Assembly: GCF_963921235.1 (NCBI RefSeq)
Contig: NC_086097.1
Location: 197,844,001 to 197,908,000 of the forward strand
Reading direction: 5' to 3'
Source: Mobula hypostoma
Lineage: Eukaryota
DNA length: 64,000 nt
Shown: in pieces, positions 52,177 to 64,000 of the stretch
Layout of the letters: each line of letters begins with the position of its first letter
How positions within the stretch are numbered: position 1 is the first letter of the stretch
Position numbers and translations under genes: made by a program
The notes under the pieces: generated by a model
Databases searched by the model: none
Told to the model about the DNA's origin: nothing
What the model saw: the letters and a program-made list of their open reading frames with translations, nothing else

Positions 52177-53349
52177 GCACCTCTTCCTACAGATGCTGCC
52201 TGGCCTGCTGCGTTCACCAGCAACTTTGATGTGTGTTGCTTGAATTTCCAGCATCTGCAGAATTCCTGTTGTCTGGTGAAACTCAAATTGGTTAGTAGCG
52301 AGCAGGTAATTGATAAGTGCTGATTAGGAACTCAAATTGGGAAGTGGTAAGTAGATTATTGGTAAGTACTTATTGATAGCATTATTGATTGCATTGTGCA
52401 GATGAGTTGTCACTATGCTGATTGGGCAGTCATTAGCTTGCCTGAATTTGTCCTACTTATGAACAAGACTTACTTGAAAAATTTTCCACATTGTTGGTTA
52501 GATGCTACAGCTGGAATTGCGCTAGAATAGTTTGGCTTGAGATGCAGATGGCCTTGAACAACATGACTATTACTGGTTGTTTGGTCTCATATCTTTTATT
52601 GCATCCAGAGCTCTTGGTTGTTTCTTGGTGTCATGTGGAATGAATCAAATTGGCTGAAGGCTGGTCACCATGATGGTGGGACAAAGCCAACATGAATCAT
52701 ACTTTCGTGAATTCTGATGAACCATGACTGTGACTACTTCTGAAACTAAATGAATATTCTTCATTTGTGAAAGTTGTTATGGGGTTTATAAAGCTCTCAA
52801 TGCTTGGCATTCAATTTCACAAATGCAGCATTTAGCAAAGGCAACAGAATAGTAATTTGGAGAACAGGGACTCCACCCAGGCCAGTTCTATTTAGATTAG
52901 ATTCTGGAAGCAACTATAATTGTACTCACTTCTCCCAATTTTGAAATCAGTGCACACGACATTAAGCCATATTATGGTTTAAAAAAAGAATTCTGAAATA
53001 AGGGAGCAAATTCTAGAGACATGCAAAAATTTTACTGGAACTTTATAGAGGGAAAGCAAGGTATTATGTTGTCCAAAACATTCATCATTGCTGAGCAATC
53101 ACTGCTTCAGATGTGTCAACTAATAGACATTTTCCAGTCTTTTTTGGTATATTTATATTTGCCTATCTCCACATGTATTAAAAGAATGCCCTCTTTGAAG
53201 GCTATTTTAAATTGCTCAACACTGGAAGTTGCTAGGGCAACAAAAGTAAGCAAAGATCATCAAACTAGTCTTTGGCACAAACACATTTTCTACTTTATGT
53301 GAAATAAATAGATGTGTGACTTACAGCTTAATGCTCCATTTTCACCAAA

Positions 53350-54100
53350 ACTAAGCACAGCAACTTCCAAAATCAAAAAATTCTTAGAACCCTTCAATAG
53401 TCAATGACATTCTTCTGAAATATAGTCACTGTAAAAACATTGCAAAAGCAGCAGCATACTCTACACAGTATGGTTCCCTAAACAGTGAATAATAATGACC
53501 AGATAGTATGGTTTATGATTAGAGTTCAGATACACACATACAAATACAGTCCAACAGAGAAATTCTCTGCTCCTCTTCAGAAAGCAGCATTAGGTCTATT
53601 ATAGCAACTTGAAAGAGTTGAAGACTTAATAATCTCATTGAAAATATAGTATCATTGGCAATGTAAAACTTCCTCGGTAATGTATTGGAGGTCAATGTGG
53701 ATTTTCTGTTTAGACATTGAAATGCATATTATACCTAGCATTTACTGACTCAGAGGTAAAGATACCGAGTCTGGGCTGATTTAAGATTACAATGTGAAAA
53801 TAACAGGCATTAGATTTTATCATGTACTTTTAAGTCATAATATAAGAAGGTAGAAAAGATCCTACTGCACCTTTTTAAAGAAGAATAAGGGAATTCTACT
53901 TGATTTCCTGGCCAAAATATGTACCTCGAACACCATCCCTTCAGATTATTGTCACATTGTTGTTGGTGTTACTTCACTTAACACTGCTAGTTGTCATATT
54001 TCCTATATTACAGCACTGAATATGCTTTCAAAGTGCTTCATTGGTCAGACCACTTTGGAAAATCCTAGGCTTGTGAAAATAGCTGTGTGAATTGCAACTA
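53350..54100. mobile_element. Two ancient DeuSINE-like remnants in opposite orientation (~53350-53780 minus, ~53860-54100 plus)
   Basis: gagaaattctctgctcctcttcagaaa..tgactcagagg; and aagaagaataagggaattct..tcctggccaaaat..ctttcaaagtgcttcattgg. Confidence 0.5.
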
Positions 54101-55515
54101 AGGAATACAGTTAATGAGTGTCTTATGAACTTTTGTACCAAAGTCTTGAAATTTCAGTCTTGGCTTTGAATTTGAGGTTGATATTTAAGCAACAAGGCAT
54201 ACAATCAATCTTTGTGTATTCTTAGACTGAAAATGTTTATAACTTAAGATAAATATGATTGCTTGGGAAATTAATCACGTTCAGTTTTGTTTTTCTCATC
54301 ACTGTGGAAACTGAGTAGTATTGATAATTTGTGCTGTGGAAAGTTAGAGATTTATCTGTTTGATCAGTACTGCTAACTGGTTGAACTAGTCTTTTCAGGA
54401 TCGAGAGATGACTGCGCAAGCGCGTGGACATCAGAGAGTTAGACCGGTGCGGTTTAAAAGGAGACAGCTTTACTGAGCAGGCGACAGAGTAGGAGGGCTC
54501 TGGTTCAACGGGCTTCAGTGATAACAGGATGAGGCCAGGTATGTTATCTCTGAAGAATAGAAACAGGAAGTATACCTGTGAAGCCGGTGTTCTGTGCTGG
54601 GTGTCAGATGTGGGAAGTCCTGGAAACTCCCAACCTCCCAGAAGACCACATCTGCGCCAGGTGTGTCGAGCTGCAACTCATTAGGGATTGGGTTAGGCAA
54701 CTGTGGCTGCAGCTCAATGACTTTCGTTTGGTCAGGGAAAGTGAGGAGGTGGTAGAGAGGAGCTATAGGCAGGTAGTCACACCGGAGCCTCAGGAGACAG
54801 ATAAGTGGGTAACAGTCAGAAGAGGGAAGGACGGGAGTCAGAAAAAGTGAGTACCCCTGTGACTGACCCCTTAACAATAAGTACTCCTGTTTGAGTACTG
54901 TTGGGGGGTGGCGGTCTAACTGGGGGAAGCAACAGTGGCCGCGCCTCTGACACAGAGTCTGGCCCTCTGGCTCAGAAAGGTAGGGAAAGGAAGAAGTTAG
55001 CAGTAATAGGGGACTCTATAGTTAGGGGATCAGACAAGTGATTCTGTGCACGCAGGAAAGAAACGTGGATGGTAGTTTGCCTCCCAGGAGCCAAGGTCCA
55101 GGACGATTCTGATCGCTTCCACGATAACCGGAAGTGGGAAGATGAATAGCTAGAGGTCGTGGTACATATTGGTACCAATGACATAGGTAGGAAAAGGGAG
55201 GAGGTTCTGAAAACAGACTACAGGGAATTAGGAAGGAAGTTAAGAAGCAGGACTTCAAAGGGATTACTGCCTGTGTCATGTGACAGTGAGTACTGGAATA
55301 GAGTGAAGTGGTGGATAAATGCGTGGCTGAGGGATTGGAACAGGGGGCAGGGGTTCAGATTTCTGGATTATTGGGACCTCTTTTGGGGCAGGTGTGACCA
55401 GTACAAAAAGGACAGGTTGCACTTGAATCCGAGGAGGACCAATATCCTGGCGGGGAGGTTTGCTGAGGCGATTGGGGAGAGTTTAAACTAGAATTGCTGG
55501 AGAGTGGGAACTGAA

Positions 55516-56449
55516 CAGGAATGGCTACTTAGAGTGCAGATGATACTAAGATAGGTGGCGTTGTGGATAATGAAGTAGGTTTTCAAAGCTTGCAGAGAGA
55601 TTTAGGCCAGTTAGAAGAGTGGGCTGAAAGATGGCAGATGGAGTTTAATGCTGATAAGTGTGAGGAGCTACATTTTGGTAGGACTAATAAAAATAGGTCA
55701 TACATGGTAAATGGTAGGGCATTGAGGAATGCAGTAGAACAGAGTGATCTTGGAATAATGGTGCACAGTTCCCTGAAGGTGGAATATCATGTGGATAGGG
55801 TGGTGAAGAAAGCTTTTGGTATGCTGGCCTTTATAAATCAGAGTATTGAGTATAGGAGTTGGGATGTAATGTTAAAATTGTGCAAGGCATCGGTGAGACC
55901 AAATTTGGAGTATTGTGTACAGTTCTGGTCACCGAATTACAGGAAAGTTGTCAACAAAATAGAGAGAGTACAGAGGACATTTACTAGAACGTAGCTGGGT
56001 TTCAGCACCTAAGTTACAGAGAAAGGTTGAACAAGTTAGGTCTTTATTCTTTGGAGCGTAGAAGGTTGAGGGGGGACTTGATAGAGGTATTTAAAATTAT
56101 GAGGGGAATAGATAGAGTTGACGGGGTAGGCTTTTTTCATTGAAGGTGGGGGGATTCAAACAAGAGGACATGAGTTGAGAGTTAAGGGGCAAAAGTTTAG
56201 GGGTAATATGAGGGGGAACTTCTTTACTCAGAGAGTGGTAGCTGTGTGGAACAAGCTTCCAGTAGAAGTGGTAGAGGCAGGTTCGATTTTGTCATTTAAA
56301 AAAACATTGGATAGGTATATGGACAGGAAAGGAATGGAGGGTTATGGGCTGAGTGCAGGTAGATGGGACTAGGTGAGAGTAAGCGTTTGGCACAGACTAG
56401 AAGGGCCGAGATGGCCTGTTTCCGTGCTGTAATTGTTATGTGGTTATAT
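55516..56449 (+). mobile_element. CR1 3' fragment nested just after ORF1
   Basis: LQRDLGQLEEWAERWQMEFN..; own tail gttatgtggttatatg; flanking GAACTGAA at 55508-55515 and 56450-56457. Confidence 0.85.
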
Positions 56450-57883
56450 GAACTGAAGAGACGGAGGAAGGGGTTGTTGGCTCACAAATAGAGAAAGCTT
56501 GGAGACAGTGTGAGAGGGATGATAGGCAGCTGATAGAGAAGGGATGCGCTCAGACCAATGGTTTGAGATGTGTCTATTTTAGTGCAAGAAGCATCATTAA
56601 CAAAGCGGATGAGCTTAGAGTGTTTGGAGCTATGATGTTGTGGCCATTACAGGGACTTGGATGGTTCAGGGGCAGGAATGGATACTTATAGTGCCAGGCT
56701 TTAGATGTTTCAGAAAGGACAGGGAGGGAGGCAAAGGAGGTGAGGGTGTGGCACTGCTGATCAGAGATAGTGTCACAGCTGCAGAAAAGGAGGAAGTCAT
56801 GGAGGGACTGTTTACTGAGTCTCTATGGGTGGAAGTTAGAAACAGGAAGGGGTTAATAACTCTACTGGGTGCTTTTTATAGACCACCCAATAGTAACAGG
56901 GACATAGAGGAGCAGATAGGGAGACAGATCCTGGAAAGATGTAATAATAACAGGGTTGTCATGGTGTGAGATTTTAATTTCCCAAATATTGATTGGTATC
57001 TCCTAGAACAAGTGGTTTAGATGGGGTGAAGTTTGTTAGGTATGTTCAGGAAGGTTCCCTGATACAATATGTAAATAAGCCTACAAGAGGAAAGGCTGTA
57101 CTTGATCTGGTATTGGGAAATGAACCTGGTCAGGTGTCGGGTCTCTCAGTGGGAGAGCATTTTGGGGATAGTGATCACAATTCTTTCTCCTTTACCATAG
57201 CATTGGAGAGGGATAGGAACAGACCAATTAGGAAAGTGTTTAATTGGAGTAATGATAAATATGAAACTGTCAGGCAGGAACTTGGAAGCATAAATTGGGA
57301 ACAGATGTTCTCAGGGAAATGTATGGCAGAAATGTAGCAAATGTTCAGGGGATATTTGCGTGGCATTCTGCATAGGTACACTACAATGAGACAGGGAAAG
57401 GATGGTAGGGTACAGGAACCGTGGTGTACAAAGGCTATTGTAAATCTAGTCAAGAAGAATAGAAGAGCTTATGAAAGGTTCAAAAAACTAGGTAATGATA
57501 GAGATCTAGAAGATTATAAGGCTAGCAGGAAGAAGCTTAAGAATGAAATTAGGAGAGCCAGAAGGGGCCATGAGAAGGCCTTGGAGAGCAGGATTAAGGA
57601 AAACCCCCAAGGCATTCTACAAGTATGTGAAGAGCAAGAGGATAAGAAATTAGAGAATAGGACCAATCAAGTGTGACAGTGGAAAAGTGTGTATGGATCA
57701 GGAGGAAGTAGTGGAGGTATTTAATGAGTACTTTGCTTCAGTATTCACTACGGAAAAGGACCTTGGCGATTATAGGGATCACTTAGAGTGGACTGAAAAG
57801 CTTAAGAATATAGAGATTAAGAAACAGAATGTGCTGGAGCTTTTGGGAAGCATCAAGGTCGATAAGTCACTGGGACCCGACGA

Positions 57884-58110
57884 GATCAGAATCAGAATCA
57901 GGTTTATTATCACCAGTGTGTGACGTGAAATTTGTTAACTTAGCAGCAGCAGCTCAATGCAATACATCATCTATCATAGAAAAAAATAAAATAAAATAAA
58001 AATAATAATGATAAATAAACAAGTAAATCAATTACAGTATACATATATTGAATAGATTAAAAAATGCAAAAACATAAATACTGTATATTAAAAAATGTGA
58101 GGTAGTATCT
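57884..58110 (-). mobile_element. Short non-LTR 3' tail (Rex1-like) with (ATCAGA)n end
   Basis: atcagaatcagaatcaggtttattatcacc.. followed by AT-rich sequence, interrupting CR1 ORF2. Confidence 0.6.
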
Positions 58111-58313
58111 CTGAGATAGCAGAGATATTTAATGAATACTTTGTTTCAGTATTCACTACGGAAAAGGATCTTAGCAATTGTAGGGATGACTTACAGCAGA
58201 TTGAAAAAATTGAGCATATAGACATTAAGAGGATGTGCTGGAGGTTTTGGAAAACATCAAGTTGGATAGGTCTCCAGGACCGTGGGAGGCAAGGAAGGAG
58301 ATTGCTGAGCCTC

Positions 58314-58451
58314 CAGTAAACACAAAATAATCTGCAGATGCTGGGGTCAAAGCAACACTCACAACATGCTGGAGGAACTCAGCAGGTCGGGCAGCATCCG
58401 TGGAAAAGTTCGGTCAACATTTCGGGCCTGAACCCTTCGTCCTGCTCTAGT
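58314..58451 (-). mobile_element. PLE-related 3'-end fragment in CR1 ORF2
   Basis: tctgcagatgctgg..ggaggaactcagcagg..tttcgggcctgaacccttcgtc; 14-bp TSD GATTGCTGAGCCTC at 58300-58313 and 58452-58465. Confidence 0.82.
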
Positions 58452-60179
58452 GATTGCTGAGCCTCTTTGCATCATCAATGCGGATGGGAGAAGTTCTGGA
58501 GGATTGGAGGGTTGCAGATGTTGTTCCCTTATTCAAGAAAGGGAGTAGAGATAACCCAGGAAATTATAGACCAGTGAGTCTTACTTCAGTGGTTGGTCAG
58601 TTGATGGAAAAGATCCTGAGAGGCAGGATTTATGAACATTTGGAGAGGTATAGTATGATTAGGAATAACTAGCATGGCTTTGTCAAAGGCAGGTCGTGCC
58701 TTACGGGCTTGATTGAGTTTTTTGAGGATGTGACTAAGCACATTGATGAAGGTAGAGCAGTAGGTGTAGTGTGTATGGATTTCAGCAAGGCATTTGATAA
58801 GGTACCCCATGCAAAACTTATTGAGAAAGTAAGGAGGCATGGGATCCAAGGGGACCTTGCTTTGTGGATCCAAAATTGGCTTGCTCACAGAAGGCAAAGT
58901 GTGGATATAGATGGGTCATATTCTGCATGGAGGTCGGTGACCAGTGGTGTGCCTCAGGGATCTGTTCTGGGACCCCTTCTCTTCGTGATTTTTATAAATG
59001 ACTTGGATGAGGAAGTGGAGGGATGGGTTAGTAAATTTACTGATGACACAAAGATTGGAGGTGTTGTGGATAGTGTGGAGAGCTGTCAGAGTTTACAGCA
59101 GGACATTGATAGAATGCAAAACTTGGCTGAGAAGTGGCAGATAGAGTTCAACCCAGATAAGTGTGAGGTGGTTCATTTTGGTAGGTCAAATATGATGGCA
59201 GAATATAGTATTAATGGTAAGACCCTTGGTGGTGTGGAGGATCAGAGGGATCTTGGGGTCCGAGTAAATAGGACACTCAAATCTCCTGTGCAGGTTGACT
59301 CTGTGATTAAGAAAGCATACGGTGCATTGGCCTTCATCAATTGTGGGACTGATTTTAGGAGCAGAGAGGTAATGTTGCAGCTATATAGGACCCTGGTCAG
59401 GCCCCACTTAGAGTACTGTGCTCAGTTCTGGTCACTTCACTAAAGGAAGGATGTGGAAACCATAGAAAGGATGCAAAGAGGATTTACAAGGATGTTTCCC
59501 GGATTGGGGAGCATGCCTTTGGAGAACAGGTTGAGTGAACTTGGCCTTTTTTCCTTTGAGTGACGGACGATGAGAGGTGACCTATTAGAGGTGTATAAGA
59601 TGATGAGAGGCATTAATCATGTAGATAGAGGCTTCTTTCCAGGGCTGAAATGGCTAACATGAGAGGGCACAGTTTTAAGGTGCTTGGAAGTAAGTACAGA
59701 AGAGATGTCAGGGGTAAGTTTTTTACACAGAGAGTGGTGAGTGCATGGAATGGGCTGCTGGTGATGGTGGTGGAGGAGGATACAATAGGGTCTTTTAAGA
59801 GACTCCTGGATAGGTGCATGGCGCTTAGAAAAATAGAGGGCTATGAGTAACCCTAGGTAATTTTTACGTATGTACATATTTGGCACAGCATTGTGGGCCG
59901 AAGGGCCTGTATTGTGCTGTAGGCTTTCTATGTTTCTGTCTTTCATTTACAGATTGTAGGCTATTGATCAACATCACAGTGAAGCAGATTGCCTTCATTC
60001 ATGTGTCCTTCTGTGCCATAGAATTAGTCTCTCTCATGTTGATCATAACATTATAAATTAAATATGCAAAGCATTGCATCTTACAATTGTAAAAATGTAA
60101 AAAACTTCCTCATTATAAAGCAAAGGGAAATTCTCACCATCATTTCCCCTACATGTACTTCCTTTTATGGTTCCAGAAT

Positions 60180-60765
60180 ACATCCTACACAACAGGAAAG
60201 CTTATAAATGCTTCTACTTTCTGAACAGGCCGAAGAGAGTTGGACTTTGCACATCTATAATCATGGGCTTCTGCAGATGCACAGTAGAAAACATCCTAAC
60301 ATGCTTCATCATTGCATGGTATGGAAACTGCACTGAGGTGGACAGGAAGACTCTACAACAGTTGTCAAAATTTCTCAATTCATCACTGGCACAGCCTACC
60401 TGCCATCAAGGACCTATATACAGAAAGTGGGAACATAATGGATGATCCCACCCACCCTTCTCATGGACTGTTTGTCCCACTACCATCAGTGAGGAGGCTA
60501 AGTAGCATTTCACACCAGCACCACTAGATTCAAAAACAGTTACTTTCATCTAGCAGTTAGGCTGATCAGCACCTCCACCCACTAATTCACTCCTCACTCT
60601 CCACCACGACTACATCATCATTTCCTGCCTGAGTCACCTTACGTACTGACATTCCCATGCCTTGGTTACTTTATGGACATGCAGTCAATCTATGTATATA
60701 AGCTAACTTATGAACTTGTATTTATTGTGATTTTTATTGTGTTCTTTTTGTGCTGCATTGGATCC
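60180..60765 (+). mobile_element. Rex1/Babar 3' fragment
   Basis: FCRCTVENILTCFIIAWYGNC..DRKTLQ; DDPTHPSHGLFVPLPSVRRL. Confidence 0.8.
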
Positions 60766-61012
60766 TATAAAGATAGGTGGAGGGGTAGATAGTGTTGAGG
60801 AAGCAGAGAGTTTGTTGAAGAACTTGGACAGGTAAGGAGAATGAACAAAGAAGTGCCAGATTGCATACAGTGTTGAGAAGTTTATGGTCATGCACCTTTT
60901 AAAAGGAATAAAGGCATAAACTATTTTCTTAGCGGGAAGCAAATTGAGAAAACAGAGCTGCAAAGAGACTTGGGAATCAAGGTAAAGGATTCCCTAAAGG
61001 TTAACATTCAGG
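60766..61012 (+). mobile_element. Small CR1 RT fragment
   Basis: aagataggtggaggg..gacttggga..gattccctaaaggttaac matches 50060-50300. Confidence 0.7.
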
Positions 61013-63580
61013 TAAAGTATCTTAAGTGATTTTGTATGTTTGCTTGTAATTATTTAATTTGTAACCGTTTTTGAATGTTTCTAAGTGTCATATCCAGAAG
61101 CTTCACGAAGGTGTGACTAGGCTGCCTAGCAAGGATTTTTCTCAGTAATTTTGTGGGTGGTTTGATTCTGGTCTCACTATTGTGACCTGTTTACATTGTG
61201 CAAGGCCCTGACTTCACAGTCACAAATTCAGCCTTGAGTGACATGTCTTGGGGCTCTCTGCTCTGCAAAATCCATGACTATAACTGCTCATGTTGATTTG
61301 GTTCCAAATGCTGAATATACTTTAAAATGCTCATTAAGATTTTACAGGAGAAATCTCGTTTTATGATTCTGTTTGCAGATTCTGATGTTATGCAGTGACA
61401 GGAAGTGGGACTGTGGAGTTTTCCAACTTAGAGAAAAGAAGGCAAAGAAAGCCCAATGCTGATTTTTATCTAGATATATTTGTTGAATTTCTTCAATATA
61501 GAAATTGTGGACTTCCAGTTGAGATAATTGTTTTATAAAAGTAGTAGTTAATGCTTGGTGAACCAGGAAGGGAATCAATGTTTGTAAGTTTCTTTATACA
61601 TTTTAATAAGAAAACTAACTTGCAGGTGCAGCTGTTAGAGTTAGAGGCTGACTATTTGTCAAATAAGGACACCAAATAAATGTCTTGTTTACTTAAAGCA
61701 GGTGTCTCCTTGATCTGAATTTCTGAATAAAAAAAAGCATGGCACAGATGATAATTATTTAAAAAATCTCTCTCTGCCTCTTCTATTTGATTAAGTATGT
61801 TTGTTTCAAATTCAGTTTTCCGATTTCCTTTTGAACTACAATTGGATATGGAAACAAAGACTGTATCTTGAGGAAATTGCAGACCTATTTATTGACATCT
61901 GTCAGGAAAATATCCCTCATATTTTTCTAAATTGCTGAGATGTAATATTCTGACCTGAAATGAAGTCCTTAATGTCTTTTTATTAATTCTAGTTCATTGA
62001 ATATCTATCCTGAATAGTTTGTCTATGGTTTTCATACTGTTTACACAAGAAGTACACTGCAGCACAGTAGCACATCTGTTTAACAATTAGTCAAATAAAA
62101 ATCAAAGCTGTTCACAGGAAAAGGTGACGATCAGGCAGTAGCTTTAGAGAGTCATCAGAAGTGTTGTGAATCAAAGGGATTAATGTACCTTGAATTTAAG
62201 TTTTACCCCAAATACCAGAATTTGCCATCATCTCACTCAATTTTATTTTTGTAGAAATTCACAAAGATTTAATTTCTTTAAAACCTATCAGCATCTTTGG
62301 TATTTTTTAACAAGTAGTCACTCAGAATAGAAGGTGAAGAGGCAAACAGAAAATAATTTTAAATATTTTAATGGGAATACAAGTGTAATATCCAAGAACT
62401 TGAGATGCCAAGGTGAGGGCTACAGTCTGAAGTGCAGATTGCCATTAAAGCAGAGAAGAGAGGAGCAAAATCATCGAGTAGTTCTTAAACGATAGCAAAT
62501 TTTATCCAGAGATTTGATCCACCGTCTGTTTTAATTTTACATTTTCAAAATAAGGAACTTTTGAAACACTTAGCAGGGTACACACTTTACATAATACTGA
62601 TTAAAAGTTTTTTTCAGTAAATGTACAATGTACCTTTTTAATAATTTGAAATGAAATTCACAAACAAAATTTGTAATCCTATCGATCTATCCAAATGCCT
62701 TGCTTTTTTTCACTGCCCACCCATTTTAGACCCATTCAAGAGTAACGTGCTACATCATGTGACTAGACAGAGCTACCTATAGCCTGAATGTTCGTTTTGA
62801 ATTTTGAGTTCCTTCATGTAATTGATCTCCAAAATCATTTTGTATGTTCTGATAGGTACTTGTGCATTCTGCTATGGCTCCTAATCTATCAATGCCTTAG
62901 TTCTGGATGTTTCCCTTTGTGTTTGGATCCCTGCAGTTCATTTCCTTTCTTTCTCAATATCCAACTCCTTGCAGATCACAATGATCTAGGATCTATGCAT
63001 TCCTCAAATATGGATGTGCTGTACATCTCTGAATTTCTTTGTACCTGTATGGTGCAGATGTCATCAGACATCTAGGCACTTTCCAGAATTCCCTCTCCAG
63101 ATTTGTCTGTCTGTACCACTTTAGCTTCCCTTAAGACAAATCTTAAAATCTCCAATAACAATGGAATATGCTGCAAAAATGATTTATTTGATTGTGGGAT
63201 GTGAATAGAAATAGGAAGGTTAATATTGATTGTCATTTTCTAATAGTCCCTAAATTGAATGGTTAAAAATCAACCATATTGGTGAGTCTGGATGTAAATA
63301 TACACTAGACCATGTAAGGGCATTAGTGCATCACATGGGTTTTTTAAAACAAGTTGGTTATTTCATGATTGCCTTTACTGATATCACCCTTTTATTCCCA
63401 ATATAATTTATTTGAACACATTTCCAAGGCAATACTGTAATTGAAAATCAGAGTATATATTTTCTAGTTTCAATGAAGAAATATGATATACAGTATGTGT
63501 TAAAAAGAAAACATTCTGATAGACAACTGCAATTTTCTTTTAATCACAAAGGGTCAAAATAATATTGGCACAACTGTTAA

Positions 63581-64000
63581 TCAAAGTTCAAAGTGAAATA
63601 TATTATCAGAGTACATACATGTACAACTCTGAAATTCTTTTTCTGTGGGCACATTTAGCAAACCTATAGAGCACTAACTGTAAACAAGATCAATGAACAA
63701 CGAACTCTGCAAATGCAAATATAAATAAATAGCAATAAGTAATAAGAGCATGAAATAACAAGATAAAAAGCCGTTAAAGTGAGACCATCTGTTGTGGGAA
63801 CAGCAAAAATGGAATGAGTGTAATTATCCCTATTTATTCAAGAGCCTCATGGCCGAGGGGTAGTAACTGTTCTTGAATCTGGTGGTGCAAGTCCTGAGGC
63901 ACCCGCACCATCCACCTGATGGCAGCAGTGAGAAAAGAGCATGGCCTGGGTGGTGAGGACCTTTGATGATGGATGCTGCTTTTCTACGGCAACGTTTCAT
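63581..64000 (-). mobile_element. Rex1/Babar 3' end (runs off the window)
   Basis: tcaaagttcaaagtgaaatatattatcagagtaca..cctgatggcagcag..gcatggcctgggtggtg matches 23463-23930. Confidence 0.8.

Larger units (their letters stand above)
51154..52271. mobile_element. Young PLE tail-out inverted insertion: minus arm 51154-~51948, plus arm ~51952-52271
   Basis: 15-bp TSD TCTGGTGAAACTCAA at 51139-51153 and 52272-52286; intact hammerheads at 51217-51252(-) and 52141-52176(+). Confidence 0.94.
54410..59942 (+). mobile_element. Near-full-length decayed CR1 (5' UTR, ORF1 Zn finger + SGNH esterase, ORF2 EN + RT, tail) with three nested insertions
   Basis: CAGCQMW..HICARC; VIGDS, VHIGTNDI, DRLHLN; FYRPPN, SDHN; DFSKAFD, GVPQGSVLGP, FTDD; tail tttctatgtttct. 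Confidence 0.9.

Noticed and set aside
51859..52323. ORFs with poly-Pro, (PL)n, (SP)n or (GR)n tracts
   Set aside because: Translations of the (CCCCCT)14 microsatellite within the PLE 3' region.

Overview
Eukaryotic, repeat-dominated DNA with no host exon I can support. The repeat repertoire (CR1 with esterase ORF1, V-SINE/HE1-like and DeuSINE-like SINEs, Rex1/Babar, Penelope-like elements) points to a cartilaginous fish, probably a ray; that assignment is inference. Contents: many CR1 LINEs, including two near-full-length decayed and nested copies; Rex1/Babar fragments; an L1/Tx1 3' fragment; one decayed Mag-like Gypsy LTR element with both LTRs and a GTATC TSD; and a young Penelope-like element (PLE) family (RT + Cys linker + GIY-YIG) with older relatives. 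The most striking signal is in the PLEs. Their 3' ends carry a minimal type I hammerhead ribozyme (AGTC-CTGAYGA-stem II-GAAACGTC-GACT). At least five insertions are tail-out palindromes (two 3' ends facing outward) inside a single 9-16 bp TSD, ranging from about 120 bp to 2.6 kb, always with one complete and one slightly clipped 3' end. Coordinates were read by eye; the edges of old repeats are approximate.
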